From NCBI GenBank assembly GCA_003635305.1, contig PYJE01000200.1, forward strand, positions 27,171 to 89,769: a DNA stretch of 62,599 bases, in the 5' to 3' direction. A program made the position numbers and the translations under genes. The first letter of the stretch is position 1, and every line of letters starts with the position of its first letter. The notes under the pieces are model-generated. The model saw only the letters and a list, made by a program, of their open reading frames with translations. It searched no databases and was not told where the DNA came from. Positions 1 through 9,173 of this stretch are shown here, piece by piece. Source of the DNA: Candidatus Poribacteria bacterium. Its GTDB lineage: Bacteria > Poribacteria > WGA-4E > WGA-3G.

Positions 1-994
1 CATCAACGCCGGCAATCGGCAGCGATGCCACATAGTCCGGCATCAGTTCAAAATCGTTGTAAACAAAAACGAGTAGGTTCACTAGCAATTCCGCCGTGAC
101 GAGGTTGTAACGAGAGAGCCCTGAGCCGTCCACAACCCGAAACCCCGAGCCCATCTCCTCCAAAAATTCGCCGATGACTTGCCTCCCTTTTTGCCAAGTC
201 CCCGGTTCACCTTTCACTTCCGCACCGAGGGTTTTGAAAATCAATTCGGCGATGACGTTATCACTCGGCTTGTTCATCAACCTGAGGATATCCATCAGCG
301 GCGGCGACAGATGCGTGGCAATAACGACAGCACCCGATGGCACAGTGCCGTGCGATACCTCTCCGTTGACAACGATGCCTTCTTGCTGCAGCCTCGTCTT
401 CAGCACAGTGCCGCAGGCGAGGGCTCTATCCTCAACGGTGCTGCCTCGGAGGGATAACGCGCTGAGTCGCAACGGTTTATCGTCCCACATCCAGCCGGGC
501 CCTTCCCGCACAGCGTCAAGATACGTTTCATCAACGACGATACCACCGCAGACCGATTGAACACCAGCATCGCGTAACGCGATAACCATTTTCTCCAAAT
601 CGCCTTCTTGGAGAACCGGGCTTGCCTTGCCTTTGAGGTAGACATTCCCTGCCACGCGCTCATTAACGATGGTATCGGCATAAAGCGTCGTTTCAAACCG
701 AAAGGCACTCCCCAATTTCGTCAAAGCCGCTGCCGCCGTGATGAGTTTCATCGTGGAAGCAGGATGGTGAAACTTGTGGGCGTTTTTGGTATAAAGCACT
801 TCTCCTGTCTTAACAGCGACAACCTTGATACCGAGATGCGCCGACGTGAGGAGTGCATCTTGTAAAACGCTGTCGATCTCTGCTTGTAGGTTTGCGTGCG
901 GATGGATTGTTACGTTCGGTGTTGTGGTGGATATCCCACAACCTACGAGTAGCAACGCGACACAGCAGAGAAACATCATCGTGAAGGTTTTCAT
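1..994 (-). CDS. dacB: D-alanyl-D-alanine carboxypeptidase/endopeptidase, PBP4-like (peptidase S13); C-terminus lies beyond the window edge
   Basis: Not in the ORF track because it runs off the window. My translation from ATG (994) gives MKTFTMMFLCCVALLLVGCGIS, a lipoprotein-type signal. It then shows HHPASTMKLITAAAAL (SxxK), NKPSDNVIAE (SxN) and VDGSGLSRYN, the PBP4 signature blocks. Confidence 0.8.
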   Translation of the reverse strand, partial: MKTFTMMFLCCVALLLVGCGISTTTPNVTIHPHANLQAEIDSVLQDALLTSAHLGIKVVAVKTGEVLYTKNAHKFHHPASTMKLITAAAALTKLGSAFRFETTLYADTIVNERVAGNVYLKGKASPVLQEGDLEKMVIALRDAGVQSVCGGIVVDETYLDAVREGPGWMWDDKPLRLSALSLRGSTVEDRALACGTVLKTRLQQEGIVVNGEVSHGTVPSGAVVIATHLSPPLMDILRLMNKPSDNVIAELIFKTLGAEVKGEPGTWQKGRQVIGEFLEEMGSGFRVVDGSGLSRYNLVTAELLVNLLVFVYNDFELMPDYVASLPIAGVD

Positions 995-1037
995 GGGGTT
1001 AATGATAACAGATTTTGTTGAATTAAGAAAGGGAAAT

Positions 1038-1075
1038 CTGAAGCAGGATTTCCAAGATTAGAGGATTTGCAGGAT
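1038..1075. repeat. Left copy of a 38-bp inverted repeat built from ~9-nt AGGATT/AAGATT iterations
   Basis: ctgaagcaggatttccaagattagaggatttgcaggat matches the reverse complement of 4787-4824 at 36 of 38 positions (hand alignment). Confidence 0.8.
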
Positions 1076-1112
1076 TAGGAGATCTCTCGGCGCAGTTAAG
1101 GTTGTCTCTCCG

Positions 1113-1597
1113 GTAGGAGAGCCCTCCCGCGTCTCGGCCCCCCGTATGCGCGGTTTCAAACCGCGCATACCAGAGGGTTACCATAGGGCGCGGTTTGAAA
1201 CCGCGCCTACCAGAGGGTGCCCGTAGGGCGAGGGCCTGTCCCTCGCCACGCATAGATCTCCTTTTTCATGCCACGCATAGATCTCCTTTTTCATGTGCAC
1301 CGGCCCCACTCTGTAAGTCAAGATCGCCTGATCTTGACCCCTCTCCATTTTTTATCTTTGACATTTTTTGCACAATTTGCTAACATAACGCCATGACTTA
1401 AATCACCGACAACGCTTATGGAAATCCTATCAGTGGTGCTCGTCTGAAGACCTATTTGCGATCAGGCGATCGCAAACTACAGAATGTCCGTTTTTAATGA
1501 CAACCGCGGCAATTAGAGACGGGCCCATTCTCTGTAGGTGGTGCTCGCCTGATCTTGACCTGTTTGCGATCGGGCGATCTCAAACTACAGAATAAGA
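1113..1597. repeat. Composite repeat module, copy 1 (several REP hairpins plus a promoter-like box), direct repeat of 4271-4721
   Basis: Long collinear identity with 4271-4721. It runs gtaggag..ccgcgc..ggcgcggtttgaaaccgcgcctaccagagggtgcccgtagggcgagggcctgtccctcgccacgcat..tttgacattttttgcacaatttgctaacataacgcc..gcgatcaggcgatcgcaaactacag. The two track ORFs 1195-1383 and 4353-4658 share the MKPRLPEGARRARACPSPRIDLLFH prefix. Confidence 0.85.
1358..1386 (+). promoter_or_regulatory. Sigma70-like promoter candidate (TTGACA-17 nt-TAACAT) facing the WD40 gene; an identical copy lies at 4491-4519
   Basis: Hexamers and 17-nt spacer read directly. It lies ~285 nt upstream of the 1671 start. Confidence 0.4.
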
Positions 1598-1670
1598 TCG
1601 CCTAATCGCCTCGCAACGCCTGATTGAATCACAATGCCACCCGCTTTTGTAGGCGAGCAAAGGAGCATTT

Positions 1671-4274
1671 TTGATGATGAAATATGAAAACACGCCGACG
1701 TTAGCAGCGGTGCTTTTAACCCTACTGCTAACCGCCACGCTAGCACTGACACCTGCTACCGCCCAGGATTACCAGCGGTGGGAATTACCCGAAGGTGCAA
1801 CCCTCCGCCTCGGCAAAGGCGGCATCAGCGGCGATATTACGTATTCTCCCGATGGTACCCTGCTCGCCGTTGCGACTTCCATCGGGATTTGGCTCTACGA
1901 TACAGCAACTTACAACGAAGTGGCACTGCTCACCAGACACACCGACCGTGTTTGGAGCGTTGCGTTCAGTCCGGATGGCACCACCCTTGCCTCGGGGAGT
2001 TCGGAAAACACCGTCAACACCGTCCGGTTGTGGGATATCGCCACCGGCAAAACCCGCCAAACCCTCCAAGGATACACCGGCAATGTCGAGAGCCTTGCGT
2101 TCAGTCCGGATGGACAAACACTCGCCAGTGGTGCTGGTTACGACTACCTCGTCCAATTGTGGAATGTCGCCGCCGGGGAACCCCGCCACTTCCTCCCCGG
2201 ACACACCGACTATGTTTCTAGCGTTGCGTTCAGCCCGGATGGACAAACGCTCGCCTCGGGGAGTCACGACCGCACCGTCCGGTTGTGGGATATCGCCACC
2301 GGCAAAACCCGCCAAATCCTCCGACACACCGGCAATGTCGAGAGCGTTGCGTTCAGTCCGGATGGACAAACACTCGCCAGTAGGAGTTGGAACGACCCCA
2401 TCGTCCGGTTGTGGGATATCGCCACCGGTGAAATCCGCCAAACCCTCCCCGGACACACCGACTATGTTTCTAGCGTTGCGTTCAGTCCGGATGGACAAAC
2501 ACTCGCCAGTGGCAGTTGGGATGAGACTATCCACCTGTGGGATACAAACACCGGCGACACGCTAACCACCCTCACCGGGCATACGGCCCCTGTCTATAGC
2601 GTCGTCTTCAGTCCGGATGGAAAAACACTCGCCAGTGGGAGTAGGGACGGTACCATCCGCCTGTGGGATGTCGCCACGGGCGACACACGCCACACCCGCA
2701 CCGGGCATACGAACTGGGTCGAGAGCGTTGCGTTCAGTCCGGATGGAAAAACACTCGCCAGTGGCAGTGGGGACGACACCGTCCGGCTGTGGAACGGCAC
2801 CACCGGTGAAATCCGCCACACTCTCACCGGACACACCAATTCGGTCACTAGCGTTGCGTTCAGTCCGGATGGAAAAACACTCGCCAGTGGCGGTGCTTAC
2901 GACCGCCTCGTCCGGCTGTGGGACGGCACCACCGGTGAACCTCGTCAAACCCTCCACGGACACACCGTCGGTGTTTGGAGCGTTGCGTTCAGTCCGGATG
3001 GACAAACACTCGCCAGTAGCAGTGAAGATGGCACCATCTGGCTGTGGAACATCACCACCGGCGCAATCCGCGACATCCTCCACGGACACACTTGGCACTG
3101 CGAGAGCGTTGCGTTCAGTCCGGATGGCACCACCCTTGCCTCGGGGAGTAGTTGGGACAAAACCGTCCGGTTGTGGGATATCGCCACCGGCGAGATACGC
3201 CGCACCCTCATCGGGCATGCCTACAGTGTCGTCTTCAGTCCCGATGGCAAAATACTCGCCATTGGGAGTTCGGACGGTACCATCCGCCTGTTGGATATGG
3301 CCTCGGGCGACACACGCTACACCCGCACCGGGCATACGGCCAGTGTCAATAGCGTCGTCTTCAGTCCGGATGGCACCACCCTCGCCAGTGGGAATGATGA
3401 CGCAACCATCCGCCTGTGGGATGTGGCTACCGGCAAGATGCTATACACCCTCACCGGGCATACGTCCGTTGTCTTAAGCGTCGTCTTCAGTCCGGATGGC
3501 ACCACCCTCGCCAGTGGGAGTGATGATGGCACGGTGCTCCTCTGGAACCTCGCGCCGCCTGCCGCCACACTCGAACCTGTCGCCAAAGATATCAACGGCG
3601 ATGGCGTTGTCAACATTCAGGACTTAACGCTCGTCGCCGCGCAGTTCGGGGAAACAGGCGAAGACATCCCTGCCGATGTCAACGGGGATGGCGTGGTTGA
3701 CATTCAGGATTTGGTGTTGGTGGCAGCGGCGTTTGGGGAGGCAGCCGCCGCGCCGATGTTCGCGCAGGCAGAGAACCTTGAGTTCGGAAGGGGCATCGAG
3801 ACCTGGAGGTCTCTCCTACAAGGAGAAAGCGTCGAGACCGGGGGCCTACAAGCGGCAGACGTGCAACAGTGGCTCACGCAGGCGCGGCAGATGCACCTCA
3901 CCACGCCCGCGTATCGGCGCGGCATTGCCGTGCTTGAGCAGTTCCTCGCCGCACTCAGTAGGAGGGACATCCCTGTCCCGAAAGAGACTGCATTGCTTGC
4001 CAACTACCCGAATCCGTTTAACCCGGAAACGTGGATACCGTACGAATTGGCGGCCGCCGCCGAGGTGACGCTGACTATCCACGCTGCAGATGGGAGACTC
4101 GTCCGCACTTTAGCATTAGGTCAACTACCCGCCGGCACCTACCAGAGCCGCTCTCGCGCCGCCTATTGGGATGGCCGGAATGCGCAGGGAGAACCGGTTG
4201 CAAGCGGTGTCTATTTCTATACGCTGCAAGCCGGAGATTTCTCGGCGACGCGGAAGATGGTGATTCGGAAGTAG
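1671..4274 (+). CDS. Secreted 14-blade WD40-repeat protein with two dockerin-like Ca-binding repeats and a T9SS/FlgD-Ig-like C-terminal domain
   Basis: An N-terminal signal (AAVLLTLLLTATLALTPATAQ) is followed by 14 (F/Y)SPDG..LAS..D.T(V/I)RLWD units. Then come DINGDGVVNIQDLTLVAAQFG and DVNGDGVVDIQDLVLVAAAFG. The C-terminus reads NYPNPFNPETWIPY...GVYFYTLQAGDFSATRKMVIRK. Confidence 0.9.
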   Translation: MMMKYENTPTLAAVLLTLLLTATLALTPATAQDYQRWELPEGATLRLGKGGISGDITYSPDGTLLAVATSIGIWLYDTATYNEVALLTRHTDRVWSVAFSPDGTTLASGSSENTVNTVRLWDIATGKTRQTLQGYTGNVESLAFSPDGQTLASGAGYDYLVQLWNVAAGEPRHFLPGHTDYVSSVAFSPDGQTLASGSHDRTVRLWDIATGKTRQILRHTGNVESVAFSPDGQTLASRSWNDPIVRLWDIATGEIRQTLPGHTDYVSSVAFSPDGQTLASGSWDETIHLWDTNTGDTLTTLTGHTAPVYSVVFSPDGKTLASGSRDGTIRLWDVATGDTRHTRTGHTNWVESVAFSPDGKTLASGSGDDTVRLWNGTTGEIRHTLTGHTNSVTSVAFSPDGKTLASGGAYDRLVRLWDGTTGEPRQTLHGHTVGVWSVAFSPDGQTLASSSEDGTIWLWNITTGAIRDILHGHTWHCESVAFSPDGTTLASGSSWDKTVRLWDIATGEIRRTLIGHAYSVVFSPDGKILAIGSSDGTIRLLDMASGDTRYTRTGHTASVNSVVFSPDGTTLASGNDDATIRLWDVATGKMLYTLTGHTSVVLSVVFSPDGTTLASGSDDGTVLLWNLAPPAATLEPVAKDINGDGVVNIQDLTLVAAQFGETGEDIPADVNGDGVVDIQDLVLVAAAFGEAAAAPMFAQAENLEFGRGIETWRSLLQGESVETGGLQAADVQQWLTQARQMHLTTPAYRRGIAVLEQFLAALSRRDIPVPKETALLANYPNPFNPETWIPYELAAAAEVTLTIHAADGRLVRTLALGQLPAGTYQSRSRAAYWDGRNAQGEPVASGVYFYTLQAGDFSATRKMVIRK

Positions 4275-4721
4275 GAGGGACCTCCTGGTCTCGATGCCCC
4301 GGTAGGCGCGGTTACAAACCGCGCCTACCAGAGGGTTACCATAGGGCGCGGTTTGAAACCGCGCCTACCAGAGGGTGCCCGTAGGGCGAGGGCCTGTCCC
4401 TCGCCACGCATCGATCTCCTTTTTCATGTGCACCGGCCCCACTCTGTAAGTCAAGATCGCCTGATCTTGACCCCTCTCCATTTTTTATCTTTGACATTTT
4501 TTGCACAATTTGCTAACATAACGCCATGGCTTAAATCACCGCCAACGCCTCTGGAAATCCTACTTGATCTGTTTGCGATCAGGCGATCGCAAACTACAGA
4601 GTGTCGATTTTTCATGTGCCCCGGCCCCACTCTGCAGGTCAAGATCGCCCGATCTTGACCTGTTTGCGAACAACTGGCACGTGTGCCAGATTTTCAGGCG
4701 AGCGCAAACTACAGAATAAGA
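4271..4721. repeat. Composite repeat module, copy 2 (direct repeat of 1113-1597)
   Basis: Same order of REP hairpins and the same TTGACA-17-TAACAT box (4491-4519). It begins at the TAG stop of the WD40 gene (the GTAGGAG of the REP). Confidence 0.85.
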
Positions 4722-4786
4722 GACAGGCCCCGCGCTACGTGATTCGGTATAGAAAGAAGAAACTTCACCTCAACAAGAGCCCTCGC

Positions 4787-4824
4787 ATCCTGAAAATCCT
4801 ATAATCTTGGAAATCCTGCTTCAG
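4787..4824. repeat. Right copy of the 38-bp inverted repeat
   Basis: The reverse complement ctgaagcaggatttccaagattataggattttcaggat matches 1038-1075 at 36/38. Its outer end contains the TGA stop of the 4821-5969 gene. Confidence 0.8.
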
Positions 4825-5969
4825 ACAGGAACCTCTGTCCAACCCACACTTCCCCGAATTGCATCAATCGCGATTTGATAACGCCACCCATCGTGAAGCG
4901 TCAAATACGGTTCGTGCGGACGATTTTCAATGTCGGCTAGGAAGTCGCGAACAAGCGCGGTCCACTTGTTTTGGATGTCATCGCCGATGCGCGGAAGGGC
5001 ATCTGAAAACGCCTGCGGAATAGGTAATTCCTCTACTGTATCACCGCGATATCGGGTAACCGGCGATAAGATGTGTCCGCCTCGTCCGACGAGCGTGCCT
5101 TCTGTCCCGTAGAAATACCAGCCGCCGCTGGGAGATTTTGTCGGCACACCTGGCTTCGGCCGCATCGTCACGAGGACAGGATTTTCCGTTCCTCCCAATT
5201 TGAAGAGTGCCGAATATCCCACCTCTGCGTCGCACTCGCGCCACTCCAATTTGGCAGCCTCCTCCATCGTAATCTCTTTGCTGCGCCAGACCCGGAAGTC
5301 GCGTATCTCTGGCACGACAGGTGCTTTTCTCGGCGCGAATCTCGCCTCGCCAACGGCGGAGACTACTTGCTGTCCCGTCATCTTTTCAAGCATGCCGAGT
5401 TGGTGCGTGAGCCCATTGTTAAGCGCGCCGCCGCCGTGCGCAAGGGAGTTCATCCAATTCCACGGCCTCACCCTGTTCGTCGGAGTTCCCGGAAGTCGAC
5501 GGGTGTATCCGATGTCAACCTCTTTGAGTTCGCCGATGCTCCGTTGCTGCGTAATCAGGTGTCGGACATACGCAACACTCGGTTCATACAGATGCGTCGC
5601 GGCGAAGGCGTGTTTGACCCCGGCCTCTTTGACGAGCGTGTAGAGTCTTCCCGCTTCCGCGGCGGTGAGTGCCAACGGCTTTTCGCAGATAATATGGCAG
5701 CCGAGTTGCGCCGCTAATTCGATCGGTTCGCTGCGCAAAATCGCAGGAGTCGTGATAGCGACGATGTCCGGGCGGTGTTTAAGCAGGCTCTCGCGCCAAT
5801 CAATGGAGGCTTCGGGGATACCTAACCGGTTGGCGTGTTTTTGCACGATATCAAGTTTGCGTGCACATAAGGCGAGGACTTTGACACCGTAATGTTGAAA
5901 AGCATTGGTGTGTCCTTCGGCAGACCAGCCTGCGCCGACGATGACTGCCGTTAAGTGGTTTGAGCGCAT
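4821..5969 (-). CDS. Gfo/Idh/MocA family oxidoreductase
   Basis: N-terminal Rossmann motif AVIVGAGWSAEGHTNAF, then the EKP motif (IICEKPLALT) typical of the family. 382 aa. Confidence 0.8.
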   Translation of the reverse strand: MRSNHLTAVIVGAGWSAEGHTNAFQHYGVKVLALCARKLDIVQKHANRLGIPEASIDWRESLLKHRPDIVAITTPAILRSEPIELAAQLGCHIICEKPLALTAAEAGRLYTLVKEAGVKHAFAATHLYEPSVAYVRHLITQQRSIGELKEVDIGYTRRLPGTPTNRVRPWNWMNSLAHGGGALNNGLTHQLGMLEKMTGQQVVSAVGEARFAPRKAPVVPEIRDFRVWRSKEITMEEAAKLEWRECDAEVGYSALFKLGGTENPVLVTMRPKPGVPTKSPSGGWYFYGTEGTLVGRGGHILSPVTRYRGDTVEELPIPQAFSDALPRIGDDIQNKWTALVRDFLADIENRPHEPYLTLHDGWRYQIAIDAIRGSVGWTEVPV

Positions 5970-6064
5970 TCCTTTGAAAATCCTTTCGTCAGATTGTCAG
6001 AGTAGATGTTGCAACACATGGGCGAAAACTAGGGCATCCGCCATTACGTTCTAGGGGACAGGCG

Positions 6065-7231
6065 TTAACTCCGGCTGGCTAGCTTATTCGCGAAAATGCT
6101 GATGAGGCCGCCGAGCATGAGATAGCCTAAGATAACCTCAACCGTCACAAGGAAGCGCGCGGGGCCGTTCTCCGCGACGACATCGCCGAATCCGAGGGTG
6201 GTAAAGGTGACGACGCTGAAGTAAAAAGCACTGCCAAACGTGAGCCGGGAACCAGCGGCATCTCCTGCGTTTTGAATGATATTGGGGGCAAAATCGCCCA
6301 ACTCAAAATTCTCTAACACCGGTGGAAAAATCGAATAAGCCCCAGCGAACACCACGGCGAGGAAGAGGGACCAGAACGCCCAAAGCCCTAAGCTGCGTCC
6401 ATAATCGGAACTCCATCGCCAGAGTTGTGCGCCGAGAGGGCTCCGCTGTTTGAAAACACGGATGAACTGCTGGTCTGCCACATATCGCTTGAAGAATGGG
6501 TTGGAGACTTCGTCGACATGATGGCTATCTAAATAGAATTCGGTTGGCGGACGCGCGTCGCGTTTCCACTTGTTCTGAAACCATTGTTGCAGCGTATCGG
6601 ACATGAAGCGAATGTCGCGATAAGAGGCGACAAAGGCAAAGCGCGCGGAAGTAAAGTCCGCTGTCGTTCCGAACGTTGCTTGTTCAAAGGTTACCGTATC
6701 ACTGAAGCGCGTGTAACTGAAGTCCAACGCCTGTTGGAAGACAGTCTGCCCAAAATGTCCCACGCCGTGGAAGCGAGTTTTCCCAAAAATCGCGCCGTCT
6801 TGGAATTCAACCTCGTTGAAATCGGCCATGTCGTGAAAATTCGCCTGCCAAAAGTTTACCTCGTCTTGGAAAACGGCACTCCGAAAACTGACCCGGGCGC
6901 GGAACTCCGCTTGCCCGAAATCGCAGTGCCCTTGGAACGTAGAACCCCGAAAATCGACAGGCTCTTGGAACACAGTTTCGCTGAAGACGAGCTCTTTTCG
7001 GAACGCGGTCTTGGGGAATTTGACGAGATTTTCAAAGGTGCAGTGAATACACACGATGTCTTTATCCAGAATGAGCGCGCCGTTCTCGTCCTTTTCAAGC
7101 GAGAGGGAAGCGATGTCAACAACGCCTTCAACGGTGCAACTCGTCAAAAAGACGCTCTCATATTCATCCCCTTCTAATGCCTCAAGCAAGGTGGCTGCAT
7201 CAATTTTATCTTCAAGGTTCTGGTACAGCAT
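6065..7231 (-). CDS. Pentapeptide-repeat protein fused to a two-TM potassium-channel pore domain
   Basis: The N-terminal half is A(D/N)LxF-type pentapeptide repeats (FRGSTFQGHCDFGQAEFRARVSFRSAVFQDEVNFWQANFHD...). The C-terminal part has TM helices and the selectivity-filter signature TTLGFGD. Confidence 0.8.
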   Translation of the reverse strand: MLYQNLEDKIDAATLLEALEGDEYESVFLTSCTVEGVVDIASLSLEKDENGALILDKDIVCIHCTFENLVKFPKTAFRKELVFSETVFQEPVDFRGSTFQGHCDFGQAEFRARVSFRSAVFQDEVNFWQANFHDMADFNEVEFQDGAIFGKTRFHGVGHFGQTVFQQALDFSYTRFSDTVTFEQATFGTTADFTSARFAFVASYRDIRFMSDTLQQWFQNKWKRDARPPTEFYLDSHHVDEVSNPFFKRYVADQQFIRVFKQRSPLGAQLWRWSSDYGRSLGLWAFWSLFLAVVFAGAYSIFPPVLENFELGDFAPNIIQNAGDAAGSRLTFGSAFYFSVVTFTTLGFGDVVAENGPARFLVTVEVILGYLMLGGLISIFANKLASRS

Positions 7232-7278
7232 TGAATCTCCTTATCGGATGCGGGACCTCCTTATCCCGCTTATTTGGG

Positions 7279-7555
7279 TAGAGAGGGACATCCCTGTTCT
7301 GGTAAATACCTTGTTGCGCGGTTTCAAACCGCGCCTACGGCTTGCAGAGAGGGACATCCCTGTTCTGGTAAATACGCTCCCAAGACAGGGAGAGTTCTCC
7401 TACACACATGTCGAGACTGGAAGCTAAGCGTCTGTAGTTTACGATCGCCAGATCGCAAAGCTCTCCTACGCACGTATCGAGTCTGTAGTTTGCGATCGCC
7501 AGATCGCAAAGCTCTCCTACGCGCGTGTCGAGACCAGGAGGCCTCTCCTACCCAA
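7279..7555. repeat. Cluster of REP-like palindromic elements (three families)
   Basis: gagagggacatccctgttctggtaaatac occurs twice, flanking gcgcggtttcaaaccgcgcctac. ctgtagttt(a/g)cgatcgccagatcgcaaagctctcctacgc occurs twice. Confidence 0.85.
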
Positions 7556-7598
7556 CGGAACGGAAGAGGGCCCGCGGCGTTGCGGGCCCCACCGACGT

Positions 7599-9089
7599 TT
7601 ATGCTAACACTTCGGTGACAATCCGCGCTTTATCCTCAACGCCTGTCAACCGATGATCGAGCCCCTGGAACTTGAACGTTAACCGTTCGTGGTCGATGCC
7701 AAGTTGATGCAGAATCGTCGCGTTCAAATCTCGGATATGAACGGGATCCCGGACGATATTGTAACTGAAATCGTCGGTCTCACCGTGAACGACTCCGCCT
7801 TTGATGCCGCCGCCTGCCATCCAATGCGTGAAGCATTTCGGATGATGGTCCCGCCCATAGTTATCTCGGCTAAGTTTGCCTTGACAGTAAACCGTGCGTC
7901 CGAATTCGCCGCCCCAAGCGACTAACGTTTCATCCAACATGCCGCGCTGCTTCAGGTCTTGGACAAGCGCGGTTGACGGCTGATCGATGTCGCGGGCCTG
8001 ATTCCGAATATTCTTGGGCAGGTCGCCGTGCTGGTCCCACCCGCGATGGAAAATTTGGACTAAGCGCACATCCCGCTCCATCATCCGGCGCGCAAGGATA
8101 CAGCAGTGTGCAAACGTGCCCGGTTTATGCACATCAGGACCATACATCTCCAAGATGTTTGACGGCTCATCTTTAAGGTCGATGAGCTCCGGAACAGAGG
8201 ACTGCATCCGGAATGCCATCTCATACTGCGAAATGCGCGCATGCGTCTCCGGATCACCCACTTCCTCATAGAGTTTCTGATTCAAGTCTACCAGGGCATC
8301 CAGCATCCGCTTCCGTGCGTTTTCACTCACCCCTTTCGGGTTCGAGAGAAATAGCACCGGATCGCCGTGACTGCGAAGTAGCACGCCCTGGTGTTCAGAA
8401 GGCAGGAATCCAGAGCCCCACAAGCGGTTATAGAGAGCCTGCGCGCCCTTTGGCCCAGACCACGTCGCGTTCATCACAATGAAAGCGGGCAGGTTCCTGT
8501 TTTCACTGCCGAGTCCATAGCTAAGCCATGCGCCGAGACTCGGTTTCCCCGGACTCTCATCACCTGTGCAAATGTAAGTGATGGCCGGATCGTGATTAAT
8601 CGCCTCCGTATGCACCGTCTTGATAAACGCCAGATCCTTCACCATCGTGGCGGTGTGCGGCAGCAACTCGCTGAGCCAGACCCCATCGCCGCCGTTATCA
8701 TACTGCTTGAATTCAAAGATAGATGGCGCGATAGGGAACTTATCTTGCCCCGATGTCATCGTTGTCAGGCGTTGCCCCATGCGGATGGACTCCGGCAGAT
8801 CGGTGTCAAACCATTCGCCCATCTTCGGTTTGTAGTCAAACAGGTCGAGTTGTGATGGCGCGCCGGACATGAAGAGGTAAATCGCGCGCTTCGCCTTCGG
8901 TGCGAAGTGCGGCAGTTCAGGCAAGCCGCCGAATCGCGGCGCGGCGGCCTGGCTCTCCAGCGCATTCACGACGGTGTTCGGCAATAGTGTAGCGAGTGCC
9001 GCGCCGCCGAGCCCTGTCGCGCACTTGCCAAAAAATTGGCGGCGCGTCTCAAGTTTTAGATATTCTTTAATCGCATCCATGGGTTTCAC
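7599..9089 (-). CDS. DUF1501 (sulfatase-like) protein with a twin-arginine signal
   Basis: [23 protein letters not shown] Tat motif. 496 aa. Sits in the characteristic pairing immediately downstream of a DUF1549/DUF1553 gene. Confidence 0.8.
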   Translation of the reverse strand: MKPMDAIKEYLKLETRRQFFGKCATGLGGAALATLLPNTVVNALESQAAAPRFGGLPELPHFAPKAKRAIYLFMSGAPSQLDLFDYKPKMGEWFDTDLPESIRMGQRLTTMTSGQDKFPIAPSIFEFKQYDNGGDGVWLSELLPHTATMVKDLAFIKTVHTEAINHDPAITYICTGDESPGKPSLGAWLSYGLGSENRNLPAFIVMNATWSGPKGAQALYNRLWGSGFLPSEHQGVLLRSHGDPVLFLSNPKGVSENARKRMLDALVDLNQKLYEEVGDPETHARISQYEMAFRMQSSVPELIDLKDEPSNILEMYGPDVHKPGTFAHCCILARRMMERDVRLVQIFHRGWDQHGDLPKNIRNQARDIDQPSTALVQDLKQRGMLDETLVAWGGEFGRTVYCQGKLSRDNYGRDHHPKCFTHWMAGGGIKGGVVHGETDDFSYNIVRDPVHIRDLNATILHQLGIDHERLTFKFQGLDHRLTGVEDKARIVTEVLA

Positions 9090-9113
9090 TCCAATAATAC
9101 CAAATCAAGCTCA

Positions 9114-9173
9114 GTAGGAGAGCCCTCCCGCGTCTCGATGCGTTAGGTATCGGGACAGGGATGTCCCTCCTAC
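9114..9173. repeat. Two REP hairpins between the DUF1553 and DUF1501 genes
   Basis: gtaggagagccctcccgcgtctcgatgc and cgggacagggatgtccctcctac. The second supplies the TAG stop of the 9170-12730 gene. Confidence 0.8.

Noticed and set aside
1785-3616. Many long ORFs on other frames and the opposite strand inside the WD40 gene (for example 1785-2534 minus, 1795-2565 plus, 2562-3335 minus, 2617-3477 plus).
   Set aside because: They are shadow ORFs created by the repetitive, GC-rich WD40 units. They have low-complexity Pro/Arg/Ser-rich translations and no starts with an RBS.
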